Assembly (NCBI GenBank): GCA_003235475.1
Contig: QJWC01000031.1
Span: 1,042 to 65,041 of the forward strand
Length of the DNA: 64,000 nt
Direction: 5' to 3'
Source: Acidimicrobiia bacterium
Lineage (GTDB): Bacteria > Actinomycetota > Acidimicrobiia > Spongiisociales > UBA5794
Made by a program: the position numbers and the translations under genes. The notes beneath the pieces are model-generated. The model was not told the origin of the DNA. It did not search any database and worked only from the letters and a program-made list of their open reading frames with translations. Every line of letters starts with the position of its first letter. Position 1 is the first letter of the stretch. Positions 18,898-27,583 of this stretch are shown one piece after another.

Positions 18898-20169
18898 ATG
18901 ACTCGGTGGATCGCAGAACGCGCGTGGCTCGGCGGTGACTCCTTCGTGTCCAACGTCGTGATCGAGACTGACGGCGGCTCCATCGTCGAGATATCGACGG
19001 GGCAGGGCCATGAGGACGCGATCTCGTTGCGTGGCATCGTGCTCCCCGGTCTCGTGTCCGCGCACTCGCACGCGTTTCACCGGATCCTCAGGGGGCGAAC
19101 GCACGGGGAGGGGGGCGATTTCTGGGCCTGGCGAACGCCGATGTACGAGGCGGCGAACGCCCTCACCCCCGAGTCGTACCGGTCGCTGGCCGGCTCAGTG
19201 TTCACGGAGATGCTCGGGGCGGGCATCACCACGGTCGGCGAGTTCCACTACGTGCATCACCGGCCAGACGGAACACCGTACGATGACCCGAACGCGTTCG
19301 CACGAGCGCTGTGCGACGCAGCTACTGCCACGGGCATTCGGCTCACGCTTGTCGACGCAGCGTACCTCGCCTCCGGAGTCGATGGCACTGCTCCGTTGCC
19401 GGAACAGGCGCGATTCTCGGACAGCGCGATCGCAAGTTGGGCGGACCGGGTGCGGGATCTCGCGACGTTCGCGTCACCGACAGTGAGGATCGCAGTGGCC
19501 GCCCACAGCATCCGTGGAGTTCCAAGGGAGGACCTCGCCGCCATCGCAGCGACGGCCGCGGACCTCGAATTGCCGATTCACGTGCACGCGTCTGAGCAGC
19601 CAGCAGAGGTCGAGGACTCGATGCGCGTCCACGGAGCGACACCGATTGCGGTGCTGGAGGCCGAGGCGATGCTCGGCCAGACGACCACCGTCGTCCACGC
19701 AACGCATGCGACGCCCGCCGACATCGACATTCTCGCTGCAACCGGAACCGGTGTGTGCCTCTGCCCGACAACGGAGGCTGACCTGGGCGACGGCATCGGG
19801 CCTGCAATCGAGCTGTCCAGGGCCGGTGTCGCGCTCAGTCTTGGGTCGGATTCGAACGCCGTCATCGACATCCTCCGAGAGGCACAGTCCGTGGAGCTGT
19901 TCGACCGTCTGCGGCTCGGCGCCCGCGGTCTGCACTCGCCCGTTTCCCTCCTTTCCGCCGCGACGACCAACGGCATGGCCGCACTCGGCTGGCCGTCAGG
20001 AGGACTTACTGCGGGTGTACCCGCGGACTTCATCGCGCTCGACACATCACACCCGGACCTGGTCAATGTCGAGCCGACACCGGCGGCTGTGGTGATGGCC
20101 GCGACGCGTGCTGCAGTCTCTGACGTCATAGTCGCCGGGCGCCAGGTCGTCGCGAGGGGCCCTGGCTGA
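18898..20169 (+). CDS. hutF: Formimidoylglutamate deiminase-like amidohydrolase
   Basis: ATG at 18898, internal to the long 17656 track ORF whose 5' part is antisense to the SBP gene. WIAERAWL...LPGLVSAHSHAFHR...FWAWRTPMY...VGEFHYVHH...HVHASEQ...VHATH...SDS follows my recollection of Pseudomonas HutF almost motif for motif. Confidence 0.8.
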   Translation: MTRWIAERAWLGGDSFVSNVVIETDGGSIVEISTGQGHEDAISLRGIVLPGLVSAHSHAFHRILRGRTHGEGGDFWAWRTPMYEAANALTPESYRSLAGSVFTEMLGAGITTVGEFHYVHHRPDGTPYDDPNAFARALCDAATATGIRLTLVDAAYLASGVDGTAPLPEQARFSDSAIASWADRVRDLATFASPTVRIAVAAHSIRGVPREDLAAIAATAADLELPIHVHASEQPAEVEDSMRVHGATPIAVLEAEAMLGQTTTVVHATHATPADIDILAATGTGVCLCPTTEADLGDGIGPAIELSRAGVALSLGSDSNAVIDILREAQSVELFDRLRLGARGLHSPVSLLSAATTNGMAALGWPSGGLTAGVPADFIALDTSHPDLVNVEPTPAAVVMAATRAAVSDVIVAGRQVVARGPG

Positions 20170-20759
20170 TGGCTGTCCGCCCGATTCCCCGGATAGGTGA
20201 CCCTGTTCTCCGCCGTCCGACGGACGACGTCACCGCGGGCCAATTCGCAGATTCGGCGTTCCAACAGCTCGTCGATGACATGATCGAGACGATGCAAGAT
20301 GCGAACGGCGCTGGCATCGCGGCGAACCAGGTCGGTGTGTCGCTCAATGTCTGCGTCATCGGCGTCGACCGGAACGCGCGGTATCCGTACAAACCGCCGA
20401 TACCCCTCACGGTGCTCGCCAACCCCGTCATCAGGCCGCTCGACGAGGAGCGGTGGCTCAACAACGAGGGTTGCCTGAGCGTGCCGATACGAGGCGACCT
20501 GTACCGAAGGATGAACATCGAAGTGTCGGCCCAGGATCGCCACGGAAATCCGTTCACACAGATCTACAGGGGGCTTTCGGCAGGGACCGTCCAACACGAG
20601 GTCGACCACCTCGGCGGACGCCTCATCGTCGATCGGATGAATGATCCGACGTCGATGACCACGTGGGAGAACTTCCAACGACACGGCCTCGAGGCATACC
20701 TCGAACGCATTGCCCCGATCATCGCCCGAACAGAACCGCGGACGGATCACACCGAGTAG
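20169..20759 (+). CDS. def: Peptide deformylase
   Basis: GIAANQVG, EGCLSVP and HEVDHLGG motifs. The ATG shares its A with the TGA of hutF (TGATG). Confidence 0.9.
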   Translation: MAVRPIPRIGDPVLRRPTDDVTAGQFADSAFQQLVDDMIETMQDANGAGIAANQVGVSLNVCVIGVDRNARYPYKPPIPLTVLANPVIRPLDEERWLNNEGCLSVPIRGDLYRRMNIEVSAQDRHGNPFTQIYRGLSAGTVQHEVDHLGGRLIVDRMNDPTSMTTWENFQRHGLEAYLERIAPIIARTEPRTDHTE

Positions 20760-20770
20760 ACGGGAGACGC

Positions 20771-21262
20771 ATGGCACGGCTGGACAACCATACGCTCGAG
20801 GTTTCGGTGGACATCGATGCTCCGATCGAGGCGGTCTGGGAACTCGTTTCCGACATCAACCTCTCCGCTCACTTCCAGAGCGAGTTCATCGGGGCTGAAT
20901 GGGTCGGCGACGTGCGCGGTCCCGGATCGGTTTTCGTGGGTCGCAATGAACGGAAGGGACGCTCCTGGGAGACCACGTGCTACGTCGTCTCCTACGACCC
21001 TCCACACGCGTTCGGGTGGGCTGTCGATGACAAGGACGCGCCGGGGGCAACGTGGACCTTCCGCCTCGACGAGATCGATCACGGCACGCGGCTTCGATAC
21101 GAGCGGGTGATCGGACCGGGCCCGAGCTACCTCAGATATGCCGTCGAGAAGTACCCCGAGCGTGAAGAGGAGATCGTCGCCACCCGCAGCGCCGAGCACG
21201 CAGCGAACATGCAGCTGGTTATCGACGGTGTGAAGCGCCTTGCCGAGGGAACGGCGGACTAG
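20771..21262 (+). CDS. SRPBCC (polyketide cyclase/dehydrase-like) family protein
   Basis: ATG at 20771. LEVSVDIDAPIEAVWELVSDIN..., about 160 aa, the typical START/Bet v1-like length. Confidence 0.7.
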   Translation: MARLDNHTLEVSVDIDAPIEAVWELVSDINLSAHFQSEFIGAEWVGDVRGPGSVFVGRNERKGRSWETTCYVVSYDPPHAFGWAVDDKDAPGATWTFRLDEIDHGTRLRYERVIGPGPSYLRYAVEKYPEREEEIVATRSAEHAANMQLVIDGVKRLAEGTAD

Positions 21263-21669
21263 GAGTCTCCCTCGGACGCCTTCCTGAGCTCGTTGTAGGC
21301 GTGCACCAACGCGCTCACGGCTTGGCCGTGGTTCTCGTCATCCATCTGCCCGGGGATCCCACCACCGGAGAGAATGCTGTGGACGTAGAGCGCGTTGCCG
21401 CGGCCGTACGCGTTGCCATTCCCGTTCCCGCGTTCCATCGCCTTCGAGATGGCTGCGACGGCGCGCTCCCGACCCGTGAGGCCGTGGCCCGCATCGGACG
21501 CATCGGGTTGACCATGCGCAAACGCGGTCTTCTGGGCCTTTGCGAGGCCTTCGAGCGCTGCGTGGGCCGCGCGGTCGAGTCCGGTCGCCCCTTCGTGTGC
21601 ACTGGCCGACGGCGCGACGACGGTGAGCGCGAGCATCCCCGCGGCGATCAGCACTGCAGTCCTTCTCAT
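21259..21669 (-). CDS. Small secreted His- and Gly/Asn-containing hypothetical protein
   Basis: MRRTAVLIAAGMLALTVVAPSASA signal peptide, then HEGATG...ERGNGNGNAYGRGNA. I recognise no family. Confidence 0.5.
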   Translation of the reverse strand: MRRTAVLIAAGMLALTVVAPSASAHEGATGLDRAAHAALEGLAKAQKTAFAHGQPDASDAGHGLTGRERAVAAISKAMERGNGNGNAYGRGNALYVHSILSGGGIPGQMDDENHGQAVSALVHAYNELRKASEGDS

Positions 21670-21710
21670 GCCAACCACCGTAAGTGGTCGAGTTACTGCT
21701 GTCAACGGTG

Positions 21711-22181
21711 TCACGATTCGAACCCTTCGAGCCGATCGCTGTACTCGGGACAGAAGGAGCCAACGGCCTCGCCGAATATCCAGCCCGCAAGGTCGATCAC
21801 CTCCTCGGGTGCATCGTCGACCGAACCGTCGGTGAGCAATCCGAGGTAGTCGGCGAGGACCTCGAACGGTGGCTCGCCCTCCGAAAGGCGCTCGCAGAGC
21901 AACTTTGCGGTGGCAACGAAGACTTCAGGATCCGCTTCGAGCGCATCGGCATACGGCGAATCCTTGAGCAGGACAGCGAGGTCGGAGACGAAGGCAACGA
22001 CGTCGTTCGAAACGCCTTCGACGATCTCGCCGTCAGCCGCCACCGTCGTGGTGGTCTCACCGGGGAGGGTGTCCGATTCGGCAACGGTGGTCGTCGTCGC
22101 ATCGGTCTCGGACGGCGATGTGGTGCACGCGGCAACGAGCACGGAGAGGGCGATGGCAACAGAAATCGAGGACTTGCGCAT
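21711..22181 (-). CDS. Putative lipoprotein
   Basis: MRKSSISVAIALSVLVAAC lipobox, a Thr-rich linker, and two further Cys residues in the acidic body. Confidence 0.55.
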   Translation of the reverse strand: MRKSSISVAIALSVLVAACTTSPSETDATTTTVAESDTLPGETTTTVAADGEIVEGVSNDVVAFVSDLAVLLKDSPYADALEADPEVFVATAKLLCERLSEGEPPFEVLADYLGLLTDGSVDDAPEEVIDLAGWIFGEAVGSFCPEYSDRLEGFES

Positions 22182-22248
22182 CACGCGAGGGTATCGGCGA
22201 TGACGGGTTCCGACTCCCCGGACACGTCTGAATCGGTACGCTTCACCC

Positions 22249-22659
22249 ATGGACGAAATAGACCACATCACGAGAGAGCTCGCCAGGGTTGACGTAGAGC
22301 TCAGGTCGCTGCCCGATGACGCGTTCGAGCAGCGCTACCGCCTGCGCATGGAACAGGACACACTTCGACAGCAGGCTGCACGGTTCGCAGAGGACCTCGA
22401 CAAAGGCAGGTCCGACGAAGACCTGCTCGCAGAACTCTCAGGGCTCCGCACCCAGCTTGCGCTGATCGAACGCCAGAAGATCGATCTCGTCGTCCAGGCG
22501 GGAGGAGGCGCGGAACCGTCCAACATGACCAACCTCGGCGGCGTCGACATCAACCGTCGCATCGTCGAGGCTTCGGGCGCAGGCCGTATCCAAGCCCGCA
22601 TCGGAAGAATCAAAGGAATCCTCACCGACCGCGGCGTCGAGGTCCCCGAGCCGCGCTGA
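22249..22659 (+). CDS. Hypothetical coiled-coil protein
   Basis: 136-aa ORF with coding-like codon bias and heptad-like charged segments (ELRSLPDDAFEQRYRLRMEQDTLRQQAARFAEDL). I recognise no family. Confidence 0.5.
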   Translation: MDEIDHITRELARVDVELRSLPDDAFEQRYRLRMEQDTLRQQAARFAEDLDKGRSDEDLLAELSGLRTQLALIERQKIDLVVQAGGGAEPSNMTNLGGVDINRRIVEASGAGRIQARIGRIKGILTDRGVEVPEPR

Positions 22660-22668
22660 CTGGGTCGG

Positions 22669-23514
22669 TCACGTCACCGCAAAGATCCTGCGTACTCCTG
22701 TAAGGCCGCGCAGCTCGTGTTCGCCGCGGTCGTCGAATGCCACGCCTGCGTCGCCTGCGAGACCGGCCGTTACCGACGAGACGAGGATCTCGCCCCCTTG
22801 GGCAAGGCCAAGCACGCGCGACGCCTCGTGGACGGCGACTCCCCGGATGTCGGTACCTGTCAATTCGATCTCGCCGGTGTGGAGAGCGACCCTGATGCTG
22901 ATCCCGAGGTCGGCGGCTGCACTTCGGAGGGCGATCGCACACCGGACGGCCCTCGCCACTCCATCGAACGTCGCGAGGACTCCGTCCCCGGTGTTCTTGA
23001 CCACGGTGCCGTGGAAGTGCTCGACCGTCTCCCTCGTCCGAATCTCGTGGGTGGTGAGGGTGTCCGCCCAGGTTCGATCGCCGAGGCGCATCGCCGTGCC
23101 TGTCGAGTCGACGATGTCCGTGAACAGGACCGTGGCGAGCACGCGTTCAGAGAAGGTCTCGAGTGGGGCGATCCAACCGCGCGCACCCGTCCACGCAATC
23201 GTCTCGCAAGGTTCGTCGCCGATGACCCACGCGTCGTGACGAGCCGGAATGTCCATCAAGTCGAGGGGTCCAGCCTCGAATTCGGTGCCGTCGTCGAGCA
23301 GGACCCCCATGCGGCCCTTGAGCACCACTCCGATGTGGCGGGTCTCGCACCACTCGGTGCCAACGAGTGGCTTCACATGCTCAGACCACCTCCACCCGGG
23401 CGTCTGGATGTCATGGGATACGGTCATCCCGCCCTTCGTGATCATCTCCGAACGGACCGTATCGATCTCGACCACCTCGTCCGCATCGGCGAAGTTCCGG
23501 ACGTATTGCTCCAT
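22669..23514 (-). CDS. Cupin-domain sensor fused to a class III adenylate/guanylate cyclase
   Basis: Start at MEQYVRNF (ATG 23514); the 5' part of the 439-aa track ORF looks non-coding. The N-terminal roughly 120 aa are cupin-like (GVVLKGRMGVLLDDGTEFEAGPLDLMDIPARHDAWV). The cyclase core shows LFTDIVDSTG, KNTGDGVLATF and HTGEIE. Confidence 0.8.
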   Translation of the reverse strand: MEQYVRNFADADEVVEIDTVRSEMITKGGMTVSHDIQTPGWRWSEHVKPLVGTEWCETRHIGVVLKGRMGVLLDDGTEFEAGPLDLMDIPARHDAWVIGDEPCETIAWTGARGWIAPLETFSERVLATVLFTDIVDSTGTAMRLGDRTWADTLTTHEIRTRETVEHFHGTVVKNTGDGVLATFDGVARAVRCAIALRSAAADLGISIRVALHTGEIELTGTDIRGVAVHEASRVLGLAQGGEILVSSVTAGLAGDAGVAFDDRGEHELRGLTGVRRIFAVT

Positions 23515-23607
23515 GGGGCCTCCCTGATCGAGGGATCGTAGCGACCGTCCCTGCGACCGGCCGAATGGACCGCCGTCTACGCTGGGCCGCCCGACGAAAG
23601 GCGCACC

Positions 23608-24027
23608 GTGGACATCATCGATCGGCACTTTGCGGCGGAGAATGCCCACGACGTGGAAGGCACACTCGCCACCTACACGGACGACATCCTGTGGGACGAC
23701 ATCACGCATCCGGAGTCCCCGTTTCGCGGCAAGGACGAGGTCGGATCGGTGTACAGCACGATCATCGACGCGATCCCTGATGTCCATCTGCGATCCATCA
23801 GACGATTCAGCGGGGAGGACGGGCGGTATGTGGTCGACGAATCGATCATCACCGGCCATGTCCATGGCGAGTGGGCTGGGGTCGTGGGAGGCGGTGCTCC
23901 CGTGGAGATTCGCATTCTGCACGTATTCGAGATTCGGGACGGCTTGATCTGCTTCGAGAACGCGTGGTTCGACGCGGCCGAGGTGCAACGTCAGATCGCC
24001 GCATGGAAGGACGCCGGCGCAGCCTGA
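23608..24027 (+). CDS. SnoaL-like / NTF2-fold (ester cyclase-like) protein
   Basis: GTG start. IDRHFAAENAHDVEGTLATYTDDILWDD...FEIRDGLICFENAWFD is the typical SnoaL pattern. Confidence 0.7.
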   Translation: MDIIDRHFAAENAHDVEGTLATYTDDILWDDITHPESPFRGKDEVGSVYSTIIDAIPDVHLRSIRRFSGEDGRYVVDESIITGHVHGEWAGVVGGGAPVEIRILHVFEIRDGLICFENAWFDAAEVQRQIAAWKDAGAA

Positions 24028-24031
24028 CGTC

Positions 24032-24670
24032 CTAGAGCGAGTTCGTGCGGTTGTCGGAGTCCCTGCCGACGACGAACCACACAGCCTTCACGGGTGTGTC
24101 TCCCTTGTTGTACAGCCGGTGCGGGCGCTCCGAATCGAAGGCGATCGAATCGCCTGGTTCGAGGGTGAAGTCGTTGAAGCCGATCTGGATGCCGAGCGTC
24201 CCGCTGACGATGTAGCCGTATTCCCTTCCATGGTGGCGCATCAGGGATTCGTCCGGGGTCGATGCCCCACCCACCTCGTAGGTCGCGAACAGGAAGTCGA
24301 CACCGTCCTCCGTGACGGCCGAGAGCTCCTCCCACTTGACGCCCGAAGCCAGGTCGATCGACTGCCGGCTACCCGGATTCACCACCGGTGTCGGCGAGGC
24401 AGACTCCACGGCGCGGGGCGACGGTGCGTCGTCAGCCCCCCGCAGAACGCTGTCGAGGGACACGCCGAGTTCGGTGACGATCGCATAGAGCGTCCCGACC
24501 GACGGCTTCGTGCTTCCGCTCTCGAGCTGGGAGATCAGACTCGGCGAGAGGCCGAGGCGACCGGCGAGTTTGCGCTGGCTGAGGCCCGCCCGTTCGCGCT
24601 CCTCGCGCAGACGGTCGCCGATGCCATCAAGTGCGTCCGGCACCGCGTGCGTCTGGGGAGTGTTCGTCAC
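24032..24670 (-). CDS. XRE-family HTH transcriptional regulator with C-terminal cupin domain
   Basis: GTG at 24670 in a GTGA overlap with the SDR stop. The HTH reads IGDRLREERERAGLSQRKLAGRLGLSPSLISQLESG. The cupin reads REYGYIVSGTLGIQIGFNDFTLEPGDSIAFDSERPHRLYN. Confidence 0.8.
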   Translation of the reverse strand: MTNTPQTHAVPDALDGIGDRLREERERAGLSQRKLAGRLGLSPSLISQLESGSTKPSVGTLYAIVTELGVSLDSVLRGADDAPSPRAVESASPTPVVNPGSRQSIDLASGVKWEELSAVTEDGVDFLFATYEVGGASTPDESLMRHHGREYGYIVSGTLGIQIGFNDFTLEPGDSIAFDSERPHRLYNKGDTPVKAVWFVVGRDSDNRTNSL

Positions 24671-25365
24671 ATCAACATCCAGCCGCCGTCGATGTGCAGG
24701 TTCTCGCCGTTCATGGCCGGGTTCTCGAGGAGGAAGGCCGTCGCGCCCACCACGTCGGCCATCGTGGCCAGCCGCTTGGTGGGCGTCCGGGCGATCGTGG
24801 CATCGAGCGCGGCCTGGTTCCCAGCCCAATAGGGGCTGTCACCGACGATGCCCGGATGGAGCGCATTGAACCGGATGGGTGCGAGCTGGATGGCAAGCGT
24901 CCGGATGAGGCTGCTCACGCCGCCGTTCACGGTCGTCACCGTCGTCGAACCCGGGTACGGGCGATCCTTCGCACGACCACCGAAGAGCACCACCGCTGAA
25001 TCGTCCGACATGCGGTCCGTCAGTGCATGCACGACCTTCGTGTACCCCACGAGCTTCATCACTGCGAGCGCGACAGCGTCCTCGATCGTGTAGTCGTGCA
25101 TCGGGTTGTTGTCCCTCGCAATGCCCACGAGCACGAGGTAGGCCACGGGCCCGATATCGCTCAGCGCTTCATCGATTGAATGCGGGTCGCTGAGGTCGAA
25201 TCCGATCCCGGTGACGCCGTCGCCGATCTCTGCGGCGATGGCGGCTGCCCGGTCGGTGTCACGTCCAGTAATGACGACGTGGCGGCCCTGCGAGTGATAG
25301 TGCCGTGCGATCTCGCGCCCGATCCCCCCGGTTCCACCGACGACGACGACACTTCCCTCGGGCAT
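24667..25365 (-). CDS. SDR-family oxidoreductase (atypical)
   Basis: VVVVGGTGGIGREIA Rossmann motif, 232 aa. A clean YxxxK is not obvious to me (GYTKVV). Confidence 0.7.
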   Translation of the reverse strand: MPEGSVVVVGGTGGIGREIARHYHSQGRHVVITGRDTDRAAAIAAEIGDGVTGIGFDLSDPHSIDEALSDIGPVAYLVLVGIARDNNPMHDYTIEDAVALAVMKLVGYTKVVHALTDRMSDDSAVVLFGGRAKDRPYPGSTTVTTVNGGVSSLIRTLAIQLAPIRFNALHPGIVGDSPYWAGNQAALDATIARTPTKRLATMADVVGATAFLLENPAMNGENLHIDGGWMLM

Positions 25366-25451
25366 GCTCGTGCACTCCTTGTTCGGTCAATGTGTCACAC
25401 TATACGATCTGACACGGGTGTGCAGCCATACTGAACAACGCGAGAGGGCGC

Positions 25452-26660
25452 ATGGGCCTCGACCACGACATCGGCATCGTCGGAGCGGGCCTCATCGGGC
25501 TCGCAACGGCCCGAGCGCTGGTCGAGAGCCTTCCCGGACGGTCCATCGTGGTGATGGACAAGGCCGATTCCGTCGCAACACACCAGAGCGCCCACAACAG
25601 CGGGGTCATCCACTCCGGCCTCTACTACCGGCCGGGAACACTCAAGGCTGACCTGTGCGCGTCGGGGCGCACGCTCATGTACGACTTCTGCGAGGAGCGC
25701 GGGATCCCCCACCGTCGCACCGGAAAGCTGGTCATCGCATCGAACGAGCGTGAGATTCCCGCTCTCGACGAGCTCGCACGCAGGGCTACAGCGAACGGAC
25801 TCACCGGGATCGAGCGACTCGGACCTCGAGGCATCACCGAGTACGAGCCGGAGGCCGTGGGACTCGCTGCACTCCACGTGCCTGACGCCGGTGTCGTCGA
25901 TTACCCAACCGTCGCCTCGCACATTGCACTCGAGCTCGAGGCCAGCGGCGTCTCAATCCTTCTCGATGCCGGTGTCACCGACATTCGACACGCTACTGAT
26001 GGCGTATCGGTGCTGGCTGGAGAAAACGCCCTGAAAGTCGCTGTTCTGGTCAATTGTGCCGGGCTCCATTCCGACCGCATTGCATTGCTCTCCGGCCTCG
26101 AACCCGCCGTGCGGATCGTGCCGTTTCGCGGCGAGTACTACCGGCTGAGCGACCAGGCAGAACGCCTTGTGCAGGGCCTTGTCTATCCGGTGCCCGATCC
26201 GAGGTTCCCGTTCCTCGGCGTGCACTTCACCCGTCGTATCGACGGCGCGGTGGAGGTCGGCCCGAACGCTGTGCTCGCCCTCGGTAGGGAGAACTACCGC
26301 GGGACGCCAGTCGATTGGGGCGACGTCCGGGACACCTTCGCATATCGAGGATTTCGGCGCCTCGCCACGGCCCACCTGGCGTCCGGCGTCAAGGAACTCG
26401 TCAACTCGCGGTCACGGCGCATGTACGCGCGGCTCGCCAGGAATCTCGTGCCCGCCGTGCGGACCAAGGATCTCCTCCCCGGCGGGTCCGGCGTGCGAGC
26501 ACAGGCAGTGACCCGCGATGGCAAGCTCGTCGACGACTTCGTCATCCAGAAGACCGACGCGACCATCCAGGTCCTCAACGCACCGTCGCCGGGTGCCACT
26601 GCGAGCCTCGCGATCGGGAGGCACATCGCGGCGCAGGTCGAAACGATCCTCCGCCAGTAA
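25452..26660 (+). CDS. lhgO: L-2-hydroxyglutarate oxidase-like FAD-dependent oxidoreductase
   Basis: IGIVGAGLIGLATA FAD motif and HQSAHNSGVIHSGLYYRPGTLKA, which I associate with LhgO/YgaF-type enzymes; 402 aa. Confidence 0.7.
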   Translation: MGLDHDIGIVGAGLIGLATARALVESLPGRSIVVMDKADSVATHQSAHNSGVIHSGLYYRPGTLKADLCASGRTLMYDFCEERGIPHRRTGKLVIASNEREIPALDELARRATANGLTGIERLGPRGITEYEPEAVGLAALHVPDAGVVDYPTVASHIALELEASGVSILLDAGVTDIRHATDGVSVLAGENALKVAVLVNCAGLHSDRIALLSGLEPAVRIVPFRGEYYRLSDQAERLVQGLVYPVPDPRFPFLGVHFTRRIDGAVEVGPNAVLALGRENYRGTPVDWGDVRDTFAYRGFRRLATAHLASGVKELVNSRSRRMYARLARNLVPAVRTKDLLPGGSGVRAQAVTRDGKLVDDFVIQKTDATIQVLNAPSPGATASLAIGRHIAAQVETILRQ

Positions 26661-26692
26661 TCCTCTCACGAATTGTGTAGTGTCACTGATCA

Positions 26693-27583
26693 GTGACGGG
26701 TCAAAACACTTCAGTCGCAGTGATCGGTGCTGGCCGCATGGGCTCTGCAATGGTGCGGACGCTCCGTCGATGCGGGTTCCCCGTGATCGTGTGGAACCGG
26801 AGCTCGGACCGGGCAGACGCGGTCGCCTCCGCAACGGGCGCATCGGCCGCCTCGGCGATGGCGGACGCAGTAGAAGGCGCAACCGTCGTGATCACCAGCC
26901 TTGCCGACGATCGGGCGGTTGCCGATGTCTACCTCGGCGACAATGGGCTAGCTGCCGCCGTTGGCCCCGATCACGTCGTCATCGAAACGAGCACGGTGGA
27001 GCCTGCCACGCAACAGACGGTGGGCGCCGCGGTCGAAGCGTCTGGCGCAGCATTCCTCGATGCCCCCGTATCCGGAAGCGTTTCAACGGTCGAATCCGGG
27101 ACGCTGACCATCATGGTGGGTGGGGACGAGCAGACGATCGAACGGGTTCGGCCCGTGCTCGACTGCCTCGCGTCACGCGTGATCCACGTCGGAGGCCGGG
27201 GGAAGGGTGCCGCCACGAAGCTGGCCGTGAACGGCCTCGTCCACGGTCTCAACATCGCCCTCGCCGAGTCCCTCGTGCTCGCTGAACGCGCTGGTGTCGA
27301 TCGGTCGACCGCGTACGAGGTCTTCGCCTCGGGGGCCGGTGGCGCACCGTTCGTTCTGTACAAGCGAGGTGCGTACGAGCATCCGGAAGAGACCCCCGTG
27401 GCTTTCAGCCTCGACCTCGTCGCAAAGGACCTCGTCCTCATCACCCGTCTCGGTGAGGAAGTTGGGGCGCCCATGAAGCAAGCTCAAGCCAGCCTTTCGA
27501 TCGTGAACGAAGCGATCGATGCTGGCCTCGGCGACCAGGACATGAGCGCCGTCGCTGTGCACATGCGAAAGGAAGGCAGCTGA
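26693..27583 (+). CDS. NAD(P)-dependent beta-hydroxyacid dehydrogenase (3-hydroxyisobutyrate / tartronate-semialdehyde reductase family)
   Basis: VAVIGAGRMGSAM, DAPVSGS, GKGAATKLAVN (catalytic Lys region). Confidence 0.8.
   Translation: MTGQNTSVAVIGAGRMGSAMVRTLRRCGFPVIVWNRSSDRADAVASATGASAASAMADAVEGATVVITSLADDRAVADVYLGDNGLAAAVGPDHVVIETSTVEPATQQTVGAAVEASGAAFLDAPVSGSVSTVESGTLTIMVGGDEQTIERVRPVLDCLASRVIHVGGRGKGAATKLAVNGLVHGLNIALAESLVLAERAGVDRSTAYEVFASGAGGAPFVLYKRGAYEHPEETPVAFSLDLVAKDLVLITRLGEEVGAPMKQAQASLSIVNEAIDAGLGDQDMSAVAVHMRKEGS

Noticed and set aside
23515-23988. N-terminal 158-aa extension of the cyclase ORF. Analogous 5' extensions exist for track ORFs at 5680-6021, 39257-39622, 36936-37112, 31588-31779, 60084-60431 and 20663-20770.
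   Set aside because: The extensions overlap neighbouring genes or intergenic hairpins and lack coding character. Internal starts with an RBS or a 4-nt overlap give proteins that begin where the family normally begins.
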